Positions 1-10,621 of a stretch of 64,000 nt of DNA are shown here, in pieces; position 1 is the first letter of the stretch, and the number at the start of each line of letters is the position of its first letter. A program made the translations under genes and the position numbers. Below the pieces are notes generated by a model. That model did no database searches, was not told the DNA's origin, and saw nothing but the letters and a program-made list of their open reading frames with translations. The stretch is from Bacteroidota bacterium (GTDB taxonomy: Bacteria > Bacteroidota > Ignavibacteria > UBA10030 > UBA8401). The DNA is taken from the NCBI GenBank assembly GCA_049578505.1, contig JBAUMC010000039.1, positions 29,498 through 93,497 of the forward strand, read 5' to 3'.

Positions 1-1
1 T

Positions 2-715
2 GTTGCCGCTCACTACTTACAATGGAAAAAGGGAGGACGAGGGATTTTGCTCGGAGCTATTCCTGGAGTTCCTCCGGCATCGGTTGTGATCCTCGGCGCA
101 GGGACGGTCGGCAGGACAGCAGCCCGCGTGGCGGTAGGAATGGGCGCTTCAGTTACCCTTCTCGATAAAGATATTTCCCGGCTGCGGCAGGTCGAGGAAC
201 TTCTACAATGGAAGATTACCACTGCGACCGCTACGGATTACAACATTGCACGCTCAGTTCGTTATGCTGATGCCGTGATCGGCGCAGTATTGCTGAAGGG
301 TGAGAAGGCTCCGCATATCGTCACGGAAGAAATGGTGAAGGGAATGAAAACCGGCTCGGTGATAGTCGACGTATCCATCGATCAAGGTGGTTGTGTCGAA
401 ACCAGCCGTCCAACCACGCTCAGCGACCCCGTCTTTATCCGTCATGGTGTTGTTCATTACTGTGTGCCGAACATGACAGCGACTGTCGGCCGTACTGCCA
501 CGGCAGCGTTGACAAACGCGATTGTTCCTTATTTGCTCGAAATTGCAAACTCAGGCATCGAAAAATCGCTTCGGACAAACCCCGGGCTGGCGAAGGGTGT
601 GTGTACTTTTGGAGGCCATTGCACAAACGATGGAGTTGCAAGAATCTTTGATTTGCAACACGCAAACATATCGTCTCTTCTTTCAAGTCATCCCGAAACT
701 GAGTACGCCGTATGA
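2..715 (+). CDS. ald: Alanine dehydrogenase, C-terminal ~238 aa (5' end lies outside the window)
   Basis: Frame 2 is open from the window edge. The translation ...HYLQWKKGGRGILLGAIPGVPPASVVILGAGTVG... matches the NAD-binding and C-terminal catalytic region of AlaDH. The stop overlaps the next start (ATGA at 712-715). Confidence 0.85.
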   Translation, partial: VAAHYLQWKKGGRGILLGAIPGVPPASVVILGAGTVGRTAARVAVGMGASVTLLDKDISRLRQVEELLQWKITTATATDYNIARSVRYADAVIGAVLLKGEKAPHIVTEEMVKGMKTGSVIVDVSIDQGGCVETSRPTTLSDPVFIRHGVVHYCVPNMTATVGRTATAALTNAIVPYLLEIANSGIEKSLRTNPGLAKGVCTFGGHCTNDGVARIFDLQHANISSLLSSHPETEYAV

Positions 716-2025
716 ATTGGCTGGAACAGTATAAATCCAAAGTAGTATCGCTGCAAGAAGCCGTTTCCACGGTGAAGTCTGAAGACCGGGTATTTGTTAG
801 CGGAAACGCGGCGACTCCGCTTTTCTTGACGCGGGCATTGGCGGAGCGGAAGCAGGAGCTTCTTCATGTTGAACTTAATCATATACTCATTATCGGAGAC
901 GATCCTCTTTCAAAGCCGGACATGGAGAAACATTTCCGGCACAATTCTCTCTTTGTGGGCCCCGCTGACCGGGCGGCGATAGCCGATGGAAGCGCGGATT
1001 GTGTTTCGGTCCATCTTTCCGAGGTTCCAGCGTTGTTTACAAAAGGGATTATTCCACTAGACATTGCGCTCATTCATCTCTCTCCCCCCGATGAACACGG
1101 GTTTATGAGTCTCGGTGTAGAATGCGCTGCAACGAAGGCCGCAGTAGATAGCGCAAAAGTCGTCGTCGCCCAAGTAAATGATAAGATGCCCCGGACGCTT
1201 GGAGACGTATTCATTCATGTCTCGCATGTCGATAAAATTGTCGAATGCTCGGAGGAGCTTGAAACCCTTCCCCATGGAACGGGGTATTCCGATGTTGAGA
1301 TGAAAATCGGCGCGCACATCGCCACGTTGATCGAAGACGGCTCGACGCTGCAGCTGGGAATCGGCGGGATACCCGATGCCGTATTGTCGAACCTCGACGG
1401 GAAAAGCAATCTCGGCGTCCATACGGAGATGGTGTCGGACGGCGTTGTCAGGGCAATAGAAAAAGGAATTATTACAAACCAAAAGAAAACGCTCCATCCG
1501 GGAAAAGTAATTGCAACATTTGTCCTCGGTTCCAAACAGCTATACGAGTATGTTCATAACAACCCGTATTTTGAAATCCATCCGTGCGATTACACAAATA
1601 ATCCGTTCATTATTTCTCACAACGAAAACATGGTTGCCATCAATTCCGCTATTGAAGTGGACATTACCGGCCAGGTTTGCGCCGATTCGATCGGCCAGAC
1701 GATCTACAGCGGGTTTGGCGGCCAGGTCGATTTTATCCGCGGTGCGGCGATAGCAAAAGGAGGCAAGCCGATTATCGCCCTCCCGTCGACGGCGAGGAAT
1801 GGAACCGTATCGCGCATCGTTGCACAATTGTCTCCGGGCGCCGGCGTCGTTACGTCTCGCGCCGATGTTCATTATGTAGTTACGGAGTTCGGCATTGCAT
1901 CGCTGCACGGAAAAAATATGCGTCAGCGGGCCGATGCGTTAATCGCCATCGCCCATCCGCAGTTCCACGACGAGCTTGATAGCGCCCTTCGTTCGAAATT
2001 TAAAACTCATTATTCGCATTCGTAG
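712..2025 (+). CDS. Acetyl-CoA hydrolase/transferase family protein (4-hydroxybutyrate or succinyl-CoA:acetate CoA-transferase-like)
   Basis: A 437 aa ORF with the conserved N- and C-terminal CoA-transferase regions typical of the Cat1/AbfT family (for example GQVDFIRGAA, VTEFGIA). It is translationally coupled to ald. Confidence 0.8.
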   Translation: MNWLEQYKSKVVSLQEAVSTVKSEDRVFVSGNAATPLFLTRALAERKQELLHVELNHILIIGDDPLSKPDMEKHFRHNSLFVGPADRAAIADGSADCVSVHLSEVPALFTKGIIPLDIALIHLSPPDEHGFMSLGVECAATKAAVDSAKVVVAQVNDKMPRTLGDVFIHVSHVDKIVECSEELETLPHGTGYSDVEMKIGAHIATLIEDGSTLQLGIGGIPDAVLSNLDGKSNLGVHTEMVSDGVVRAIEKGIITNQKKTLHPGKVIATFVLGSKQLYEYVHNNPYFEIHPCDYTNNPFIISHNENMVAINSAIEVDITGQVCADSIGQTIYSGFGGQVDFIRGAAIAKGGKPIIALPSTARNGTVSRIVAQLSPGAGVVTSRADVHYVVTEFGIASLHGKNMRQRADALIAIAHPQFHDELDSALRSKFKTHYSHS

Positions 2026-2057
2026 CATTTTACCAACGACCATAAGGGGTTCAGACA

Positions 2058-2321
2058 ATGAATTGTGTGCAAGTTCCAAAAGAAAAACTTGACTGGATTG
2101 CTAAAGAGAGCAATCAGGTCTTTGTGCTGACCGTTGAAATGGAAAGGGTTCTCGACTGGTACCGCGACCATCCTCATTTCCCGCTGGATTTTGAGAAGGT
2201 GCGTGCAAAGGTGATGGAAGCGCACACGCGAATCGAGGGTATCGCCGCGATGATGAACGAAATTCGAATGCCGAAGGCGCCCCAAACGGTTGAAGACCCG
2301 GCAACGGACGTTTGGCTCTGA
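2058..2321 (+). CDS. Hypothetical protein (87 aa)
   Basis: Intact ORF with an AAGGGG Shine-Dalgarno 8 nt upstream. I recognise no domain. Confidence 0.45.
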   Translation: MNCVQVPKEKLDWIAKESNQVFVLTVEMERVLDWYRDHPHFPLDFEKVRAKVMEAHTRIEGIAAMMNEIRMPKAPQTVEDPATDVWL

Positions 2322-2570
2322 AGGTGCCCAAGAAATCGTATAATAATAACAGCACGCGCTGCCGTTTCCGTACCGCGTGATCCGTTTGAGAAGGACAGGA
2401 AACAGTTCACGTACAATTCAAGCATGATAATGAAAGCAAGGAACATTGAAATATAATTAGAGCAGGCGATAGCGATGAACAATGAGAATAAAAATTTCAA
2501 TTCATTCCCGCAGGGAATTTCTGAAAAGGATATTGACGATTGACTTTCATAACCTAAAAGGAGAACCATC

Positions 2571-2903
2571 ATGCTTGAAGAGTATTGGAATGCGGTGCAG
2601 CAGAAAGTGTGCGTGAAATGTATCGACGGCGATCGTCACGGGAACTGCCGCCTTTCCCCGCAGTTTGACTGCGGACTGAAAAAATATTTTTCCCGCGTTG
2701 TGCACGTCGTTCAGACGACGCACAGCGAGAACATCTTGGACTATTCTACGGCGTTGCGCCGGGAAGTCTGCTCGCATTGCCAGGAACAGACCTCCGACGG
2801 CCAGTGCTACGTACGGAATATGCTTGACTGCCCCCTCGACCGGTATTTTCCCCTGATCATCGGGACGATCAGCGAAATCCAGCAAGGGCAAATCACCCGT
2901 TAA
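2571..2903 (+). CDS. Cysteine-rich hypothetical protein (110 aa, 8 Cys: CxxC...C...C / CxxC...C...C)
   Basis: Strong RBS (AAAGGAG 7 nt upstream). The two Cys clusters suggest a metal- or Fe-S-binding small protein. Confidence 0.5.
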   Translation: MLEEYWNAVQQKVCVKCIDGDRHGNCRLSPQFDCGLKKYFSRVVHVVQTTHSENILDYSTALRREVCSHCQEQTSDGQCYVRNMLDCPLDRYFPLIIGTISEIQQGQITR

Positions 2904-3180
2904 GTCTGTTTGGTGATCGGAAAGCCGCGGGTTGTAGTGACCTCGGCGTTGGAGTGAAAACCCTCCTTCCGTCGATAATTTTCCGCTGTTGCCGTAGCCG
3001 GTCCGGCTTAAACCGGCGTTGCCTCTCTATTTTTCATCGCTGTATCCCCCTTCTCCAGATGTGACGCAGTTATCTTGTGTCTCGTGGGAAAAAACCGTAC
3101 CATTGCATGAAATCGTAAGGCTGCCAAGGAAAGGAAGCAGGCTCGATCTTACAAGATGAAACTTTCTAGGAGAAGGTAAA

Positions 3181-3708
3181 ATGATTAAAAGTATCTGGAA
3201 GAAATTATTTTATTGGATCAACAAGTATCCAATCGTTTTTTCCGTGCTGGGAATTTATGCCTATTATCTTTTTACCACATTGAATTTCTTTAGAAAGTCT
3301 GCAGTCGCACACATGTCGATATTCGATTTTGTCCTTCAATATGATTCTCTCATCTGGATGTGGCTTGTGGTCTACGTCGTTTCTCGCGCCCAAACCATGA
3401 AGCAGAAATACGAAACGGACGAGTCGAACAAAAGACAAATACTCTCCGAAGTTGAAAAATCGTCGGTTGCCTCGATAGTGCTGCACAATGTAATTCGCCT
3501 TCTTCAGGATACGATTAATAACCCTCTCGCTATCATAGGTTCTACCATAGATGAGATACGCAAGCAAAATTCTTCCAACCCATCCCTCAGCCGGCAATTC
3601 GATCAAATCGAAGCGTCGCTCCATCGCATACACAATGCAATAAAGGACGTCGAAGTGTACGAATCGACGGCGCTCTTGGAGCAGTTGCATAAGCAAGTCA
3701 GTCCGTAA
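3181..3708 (+). CDS. Membrane protein with a HisKA/DHp-like H-box but no HATPase domain
   Basis: RBS AGGAGAAGG. Two N-terminal hydrophobic helices are followed by a coiled-coil and the motif SIVLHNVIRLLQDTINNPLAII, which resembles a histidine-kinase H-box. The protein ends about 50 aa later, without N/G1/G2 boxes. Confidence 0.55.
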   Translation: MIKSIWKKLFYWINKYPIVFSVLGIYAYYLFTTLNFFRKSAVAHMSIFDFVLQYDSLIWMWLVVYVVSRAQTMKQKYETDESNKRQILSEVEKSSVASIVLHNVIRLLQDTINNPLAIIGSTIDEIRKQNSSNPSLSRQFDQIEASLHRIHNAIKDVEVYESTALLEQLHKQVSP

Positions 3709-3800
3709 AGCGTGAATACCTGAGGTCGATGAATTTAAGCATCCTTCCGGGTCCGACGCCATGAGCCATTTGTCGTTGAAATCGGCGGAATAATATCAAT

Positions 3801-4247
3801 ATGAACGAAGAATCTGCTCGCAATCTTGACCAACATATGCCAGTCCCAAAACAAGAACCGGACAAAATATCCGGCAAAAAAGAAGTGATCATGCTTGTTG
3901 AAGACGAGAAGATGCTGCTGGAATTGCTGAAGTCGGTTCTCGAGGATGATGGATTTCCTGTCGTTACGGCTGCCGATGGAGAGGAAGCAATCGAAATATT
4001 TCGCGAGAAAAAAAATGAGATTGGCCTCGTGCTGACGGATATGGGATTGCCGAAACTCGGTGGGTGGGAAATGTTTCAAAAGCTTCGCGTAATCGATCCA
4101 ACAGTCAAAGTAATTCTTGCGAGTGGTTTTGTTGATCAGGAAATGAGGGTCGACGTGATGAAAAAAGGAGCAAAGGATTTTGTTCAGAAGCCGTACGTTC
4201 CTAATATGATTATAAAAAGGATACACGAAGTGCTCGACTCCGATTAG
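3801..4247 (+). CDS. Single-domain response regulator receiver (CheY-like) with a ~30 aa N-terminal extension
   Basis: Receiver motifs IMLVEDE...VLTDMGLP...KVILASGF...DFVQKPY are present. The start codon is uncertain (candidates at 3801, 3837 and 3891), and no strong SD precedes any of them. Confidence 0.8.
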   Translation: MNEESARNLDQHMPVPKQEPDKISGKKEVIMLVEDEKMLLELLKSVLEDDGFPVVTAADGEEAIEIFREKKNEIGLVLTDMGLPKLGGWEMFQKLRVIDPTVKVILASGFVDQEMRVDVMKKGAKDFVQKPYVPNMIIKRIHEVLDSD

Positions 4248-4406
4248 GGCAAAAACTCTCCACCGGGATTATCACCCAAAGAATTCTTTCTTGCTGACGG
4301 CTAAATCACCTCCGCAGTTTTCGCTTCCCAGTTTTGAGAATCACTTCAAATCCATTTCCACAATTGGTAATTTTCTTTTTTGACTCACTTCTTTCTTTCG
4401 CTTTTA

Positions 4407-4440
4407 CGTGCTAAAAAGTAGCACGGTATTTGTATTTTTT
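4407..4440 (+). terminator. Perfect 7-bp palindrome CGTGCTA-AAAAG-TAGCACG followed by a T-rich tract; either an intrinsic terminator of the upstream REC gene or an operator in front of PFOR
   Basis: Inverted repeat read directly from the sequence. The tail is gtatttgtatttttt. It lies 58 nt upstream of the nifJ start. Confidence 0.35.
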
Positions 4441-4497
4441 GCAGCAGAACAACATCAATTTTTGGATATCTCACACTGCACCAAAGGATAATAAAAA

Positions 4498-7400
4498 ATG
4501 GCCAGCAACGATCTTTCAGAGAAAAAAAGGGCAATGGTAACGATTGATGGAAACGAAGCGGCGGCGTTTGTAGCTCACAAAACAAACGAAGTGATCGCGA
4601 TCTATCCAATCACACCCTCATCCGGAATGGGCGAATGGTGCGACCAGTGGTCCTCCGAAGGGAAGAAAAATATTTGGGGAACAATTCCGCTCGTCGCGGA
4701 GCTGCAAAGTGAGGGCGGAGCCTCGGGCGCTGTGCACGGTGCATTGCAGACCGGATCGATGACGACGACCTTCACCGCGTCTCAAGGATTGTTGCTGATG
4801 ATTCCGAACATGTATAAGATTGCGGGTGAATTAACGCCGACGGTGTTCCATGTTTCGGCGCGTTCGCTTGCGACACAAGCGCTTTCCATTTTCGGCGATC
4901 ATAGCGATGTGATGTCGGTGCGTTCGACTGGATTTGCGATGCTTGCTTCAAATTCGGTTCAAGAGGTGATGGATTTCGCGCTGATTGCCCAAGCTGCAAC
5001 GTTGGAATCACGACTGCCGTTCCTTCATTTCTTCGATGGTTTCAGAACCTCCGCCGAGGTAATGAAGATTGAACAATTGACTGTCGATGACATCCGCGCA
5101 ATGGTGAAGGACGAATTGGTGTTTTCGCATCGTCAACGAGCGCTCACACCAGAGAAACCGGTTCTCCGGGGAACCGCTCAGAATCCAGATACGTATTTCC
5201 AATCTCGTGAAACGGTGAACCCGTTCTATGCCGCGTGCCCGGAAATAGTCCAAAAAACTATGGACAAATTTGCAAAGATAGTCGGGCGTCAGTACCATCT
5301 TTTCGATTATTTTGGGGCACCCGATGCCGAAAGAATAATCATCGTAATGGGTTCAGGTGCAGAGGTAATCCACGAAACCGTTGAGGCATTGATGGACAAG
5401 AAGGAGAAAGTCGGTGTGCTTAAAGTGCACCTGTTCCGCCCCTTCTCTGTCAAGCATTTCGCCGTCGCTCTTCCGAAGTCGGTGAAATCAATCGCAGTTC
5501 TCGACAGGACGAAAGAACCGGGTGCGGCGGGTGAACCGCTGTATCAAGATATTGTCACGGCAATTGGTGAAGCGATGACAGAAGGCTTTTCACCTTTAGC
5601 TTCTTATCCTCGCATTATTGGCGGACGGTACGGATTATCGTCAAAAGAATTTACGCCGGCAATGGTGAAAGGGGTCTACGATGAACTTAAAAAATCAAAG
5701 CCCAAAAACCATTTCACGATAGGCATCAACGACGACGTCAGTCATACCAGCCTCGAATACGATGCTACCTTTACGACGGAAAAAGACGATGTTGTGCGGG
5801 CGATGTTTTATGGCCTCGGTGCGGATGGAACGGTTGGTGCGAATAAAAATTCCATTAAAATTATCGGTGAAGACACCTCGAACTATGCTCAAGGATACTT
5901 CGTCTACGATTCAAAAAAATCGGGAACAACAACTGTGTCCCATCTTCGTTTTGGCCCCCGTCCAATTCGCTCTTCCTACCTGATCGACAAAGCGAACTTC
6001 GTCGGATGTCATCAATGGTTGTTTCTGGAGAAATACAACGTCCTCCGCGATTTGGTCGAAGGCGGAACCTTCTTGTTGAACAGCCAATACCCCGCTGATG
6101 AGGTATGGAGCAAACTCCCGAGAATTACACAGGAAGAAATCATCAGAAAGAAATTGAATTTTTATGTCATCGACGGTTATGCGGTGGCTGCGAAGACGGG
6201 AATGGGAGGAAGAGTTAATACGATCATGCAGACATGCTTCTTCGCGATTTCCGGTGTTCTGCCAAAAGACGAAGCGATTGCAGCTATCAAGAAGTCTATT
6301 AAGAAGACGTACGGAAAGAAGGGGGAAGATATCGTAAAGATGAATTTCGAAGCTGTTGACCAAACGCTCGTCAATCTTTTCAAAGTGAAAGTGCCGGCAA
6401 AAGTTGACAGCGTATTAGAGCTGCCGCCGGTTGTTTCGGACAAGGCCCCCGATTTTGTGAAAAACGTTCTTGCAAAAATCATTGCAGGGTTCGGCGATGA
6501 ACTCCCTGTCAGTGCTATGCCGATTGACGGGACGTTCCCGACCGGCACTGCAACTTGGGAGAAAAGAAATATTGCCCTTGAAATTCCGGCATGGGATGAA
6601 AAAATCTGTATCCAGTGCGGAAAGTGTGCGCTCGTTTGCCCTCACGCGACGATTCGCATAAAAGTCTTCGACAAGAAACTTCTTGCCGGCGCCCCTTCAA
6701 CGTTCAAGAGCACAGAGTACCGCGGCAAAGAGTACGAGGGAATGCAATACTCGATCCAGGTCGCACCGGAAGATTGCACCGGCTGCGGGTTATGCTTCGA
6801 AGTCTGCCCGGTAAAGAACAAAGCCGAAACCCGGCTCAAGGCTCTTAACATGGTACCTCAGCCCCCGATTCGCGAGCAGGAACGTGCGAATTGGGATTTC
6901 TTCCTTACGCTGCCGGAAGTCGACCGCAACACTGCGAAAGTCGACACAATCAAAGGTTCGCAATTTCTCCAGCCGTTGTTTGAATTCTCCGGCGCCTGTT
7001 CGGGTTGCGGTGAAACTCCCTACATCAAATTGGTAACACAGTTATTCGGCGACAGAACCGTTGTGGCAAATGCGACCGGCTGTTCTTCGATTTACGGCGG
7101 GAACCTTCCGACCACACCATGGACAAAAAATTCCGATGGACGCGGGCCCGCGTGGTCGAATTCGCTCTTTGAAGACAATGCGGAGTTCGGCCTCGGCTTC
7201 CGTCTTTCGATTGATAAGCATAAAGAATTCGCGTCGGAATTATTGAAAAAACTCTCGCCGACAATCGGTGAAGAGATAACGAACGCAATTCTTAATGCAG
7301 ACCAATCGGACGAAGTGAAAATATATGAGCAGCGCCGCCGGGTCGAAATCCTCAAAGACAAACTGAAGGACATTCAGTCAACCGATGCAAAGCACCTCCT

Positions 7401-8100
7401 TTCTCTTGCCGACTATTTGATCAAGAAAAGTGTCTGGATTATGGGAGGCGATGGATGGGCATACGATATCGGCTTTGGAGGGTTGGACCATGTGATCGCG
7501 TCGGGACGTAACGTCAATATTCTCGTGCTGGACACAGAAGTCTATTCCAACACAGGCGGACAGATGTCAAAATCGACGCCGCGAGGTGCGGTTGCAAAAT
7601 TTGCAGCAGGCGGAAAGCCTCTTGCGAAAAAAGATTTGGCCTTGATTGCAATGACGTACGGTAATGTGTACGTCGCGCGCGTCGCGATGGGTGCTAACGA
7701 TCTGCACACGGTGAAGGCATTTCTCGAAGCTGAAGCATACAATGGCCCGTCACTTATCGTTGCGTACGCCCATTGCATCGCTCACGGGATCAACATGAAA
7801 CTCGGCCTTGAGAGCCAGAAGGCGGCAGTGGAATCGGCTCATTGGCCTCTTTTCCGTTACAATCCTGACCTCGCCAAACAGGGACAGAACCCGTTCAAGC
7901 TCGACTCGAAAGCGCCGAAACTAAAATTCGAGGAATACGCGTACAAGGAAATTCGCTACAAGATGCTCACGAAGAGTGCACCCGAGGAAGCAAAGCGGTT
8001 GATGAAGCTCGCTCAGGAAGACGTCACTTCGAAATGGCATTATTATGAGCAGCTTGCATCGATGAAGTTTGACGGCGCGAACGGCGGGCATAACAAATAG
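4498..8100 (+). CDS. nifJ: Pyruvate:ferredoxin (flavodoxin) oxidoreductase, single-polypeptide PFOR
   Basis: A 1200 aa ORF. It has the N-terminal pyruvate-flavodoxin OR domain, two 4Fe-4S ferredoxin motifs (CIQCGKCALVCP, CTGCGLCFEVCP) and a C-terminal TPP-binding domain (GDGWAYDIGFGG). Confidence 0.95.
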   Translation: MASNDLSEKKRAMVTIDGNEAAAFVAHKTNEVIAIYPITPSSGMGEWCDQWSSEGKKNIWGTIPLVAELQSEGGASGAVHGALQTGSMTTTFTASQGLLLMIPNMYKIAGELTPTVFHVSARSLATQALSIFGDHSDVMSVRSTGFAMLASNSVQEVMDFALIAQAATLESRLPFLHFFDGFRTSAEVMKIEQLTVDDIRAMVKDELVFSHRQRALTPEKPVLRGTAQNPDTYFQSRETVNPFYAACPEIVQKTMDKFAKIVGRQYHLFDYFGAPDAERIIIVMGSGAEVIHETVEALMDKKEKVGVLKVHLFRPFSVKHFAVALPKSVKSIAVLDRTKEPGAAGEPLYQDIVTAIGEAMTEGFSPLASYPRIIGGRYGLSSKEFTPAMVKGVYDELKKSKPKNHFTIGINDDVSHTSLEYDATFTTEKDDVVRAMFYGLGADGTVGANKNSIKIIGEDTSNYAQGYFVYDSKKSGTTTVSHLRFGPRPIRSSYLIDKANFVGCHQWLFLEKYNVLRDLVEGGTFLLNSQYPADEVWSKLPRITQEEIIRKKLNFYVIDGYAVAAKTGMGGRVNTIMQTCFFAISGVLPKDEAIAAIKKSIKKTYGKKGEDIVKMNFEAVDQTLVNLFKVKVPAKVDSVLELPPVVSDKAPDFVKNVLAKIIAGFGDELPVSAMPIDGTFPTGTATWEKRNIALEIPAWDEKICIQCGKCALVCPHATIRIKVFDKKLLAGAPSTFKSTEYRGKEYEGMQYSIQVAPEDCTGCGLCFEVCPVKNKAETRLKALNMVPQPPIREQERANWDFFLTLPEVDRNTAKVDTIKGSQFLQPLFEFSGACSGCGETPYIKLVTQLFGDRTVVANATGCSSIYGGNLPTTPWTKNSDGRGPAWSNSLFEDNAEFGLGFRLSIDKHKEFASELLKKLSPTIGEEITNAILNADQSDEVKIYEQRRRVEILKDKLKDIQSTDAKHLLSLADYLIKKSVWIMGGDGWAYDIGFGGLDHVIASGRNVNILVLDTEVYSNTGGQMSKSTPRGAVAKFAAGGKPLAKKDLALIAMTYGNVYVARVAMGANDLHTVKAFLEAEAYNGPSLIVAYAHCIAHGINMKLGLESQKAAVESAHWPLFRYNPDLAKQGQNPFKLDSKAPKLKFEEYAYKEIRYKMLTKSAPEEAKRLMKLAQEDVTSKWHYYEQLASMKFDGANGGHNK

Positions 8101-8153
8101 GAAGAACTATAATTACTGGCTTACTTTCATGAAATAGCAATCGCGAGGAATCA

Positions 8154-9143
8154 ATGGATCTCTCCACGACATATCTCGGTCTCAAATTAAAAAATCCGGT
8201 CGTGCCGTCGGCATCACCGATGTCCCGCACGGTTGCCGGCATCAAAGCAATGGAAGATTACGGCGCTTCCGCTGTCGTCCTCTATTCTCTTTTTGAAGAG
8301 CAAATCCGGCATGAAACGAGTGAGCTCGACCATTTCCTCTCGTACGGAACAGAAAGCTATGCCGAGGCGATTTCATATTTTCCGAAAAAAGAAGACTATT
8401 TTCTCGGTCCGGAAGAATACTTGAAGCATATTCAGGATGTCAAGCGTTCCGTCGATATCCCGGTTATCGCAAGCTTGAACGGCTCGACAGTGGGCGGTTG
8501 GACAGATTATGCCAAGAAGATTCAGGATGCAGGGGCTGACGCACTTGAACTGAATATTTATCACGTTCCAACAGACCCGGATAAAACGGGAGGTTATGTT
8601 GAACAACTGTATCTCGAAATTCTTCAGGCCGTGAAAGCGAAAGTGTCGATTCCCGTCGCGGTGAAGCTTTCACCGTTTTTTAGCTCGATGGCGAACATGG
8701 CGAAACGCCTCGACGAACGCGGCGCGAATGGGCTGGTGCTGTTTAACCGTTTCTACCAGCCGGATATCAACCTCGATGACCTCGAAGTTGAGCCGAGTGT
8801 GGTGTTGAGCAGTTCTGATTCGTCCAGATTGCCCCTTCGATGGATCGCTATTCTCTACAAGACAATCAAAGCCGACCTTGCCGCAACAACAGGTATTCAT
8901 ACCGGAGAGGACGTCATCAAAATGACGATGGCTGGCGCGAACGTAACCATGGTCTGCTCGTCGCTGTTGCGAAACGGCCCAAAACGGATCGGCGAGATTC
9001 TTACCGGTGTCCAAAAATGGATGATCGAACGAGAATACGAATCTCTCGACCAAATGCGCGGCAGCATGAGCCACAAATCTGTTGCTAACCCTTCTGCATT
9101 AGAACGGGCGAATTACATGAAAGCGTTGAACAGCTACATGTAA
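8154..9143 (+). CDS. Dihydroorotate dehydrogenase-family (DHOD/DHPD-like TIM-barrel flavoprotein) protein, commonly associated with PFOR
   Basis: A 329 aa ORF. The N-terminus [15 protein letters not shown] and overall length are typical of the class-1 DHOD-like family. It lies 54 nt downstream of nifJ. Confidence 0.7.
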   Translation: MDLSTTYLGLKLKNPVVPSASPMSRTVAGIKAMEDYGASAVVLYSLFEEQIRHETSELDHFLSYGTESYAEAISYFPKKEDYFLGPEEYLKHIQDVKRSVDIPVIASLNGSTVGGWTDYAKKIQDAGADALELNIYHVPTDPDKTGGYVEQLYLEILQAVKAKVSIPVAVKLSPFFSSMANMAKRLDERGANGLVLFNRFYQPDINLDDLEVEPSVVLSSSDSSRLPLRWIAILYKTIKADLAATTGIHTGEDVIKMTMAGANVTMVCSSLLRNGPKRIGEILTGVQKWMIEREYESLDQMRGSMSHKSVANPSALERANYMKALNSYM

Positions 9144-9310
9144 AGTCTTGAAGGCGGCCGCTGTTATTGCTGGGCGACCGCTTCGTGATAAAATCACTCC
9201 TTCTTCTCAATCTCGACTCTTCTTGAAGATGTATGACGACTTGTCCGAGAGATAACCACGTCCCATAAAATGTGGTGAGCCAAATCGGGAAGGTGTCCGT
9301 CATCTATTTG

Positions 9311-10479
<1,169 letters not shown>

Positions 10480-10502
10480 TACAAACAGCGTCTACTAACC
10501 AA

Positions 10503-10544
10503 GGGCTGAAGCTCGTAGCGCGAGTTCAGCCCTTTTGTTTCTTG
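10503..10544 (+). terminator. Rho-independent terminator after gap
   Basis: An 8-bp GC-rich stem (GGGCTGAA/TTCAGCCC) with a 14-nt loop is followed by TTTTGTTTCTTG. Confidence 0.7.
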
Positions 10545-10621
10545 TCTTAATCCAAAAGGAACCGTTTTCCTATGCTGGAATCGTTTCCTTCTTATTACTA
10601 ACACTATAACCAACGACGACA

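Noticed and set aside
1057-1908. Several 100-150 aa ORFs on the minus strand inside the CoA-transferase gene
   Set aside because: They overlap a high-confidence CDS on the opposite strand, and none has a recognisable protein signature.
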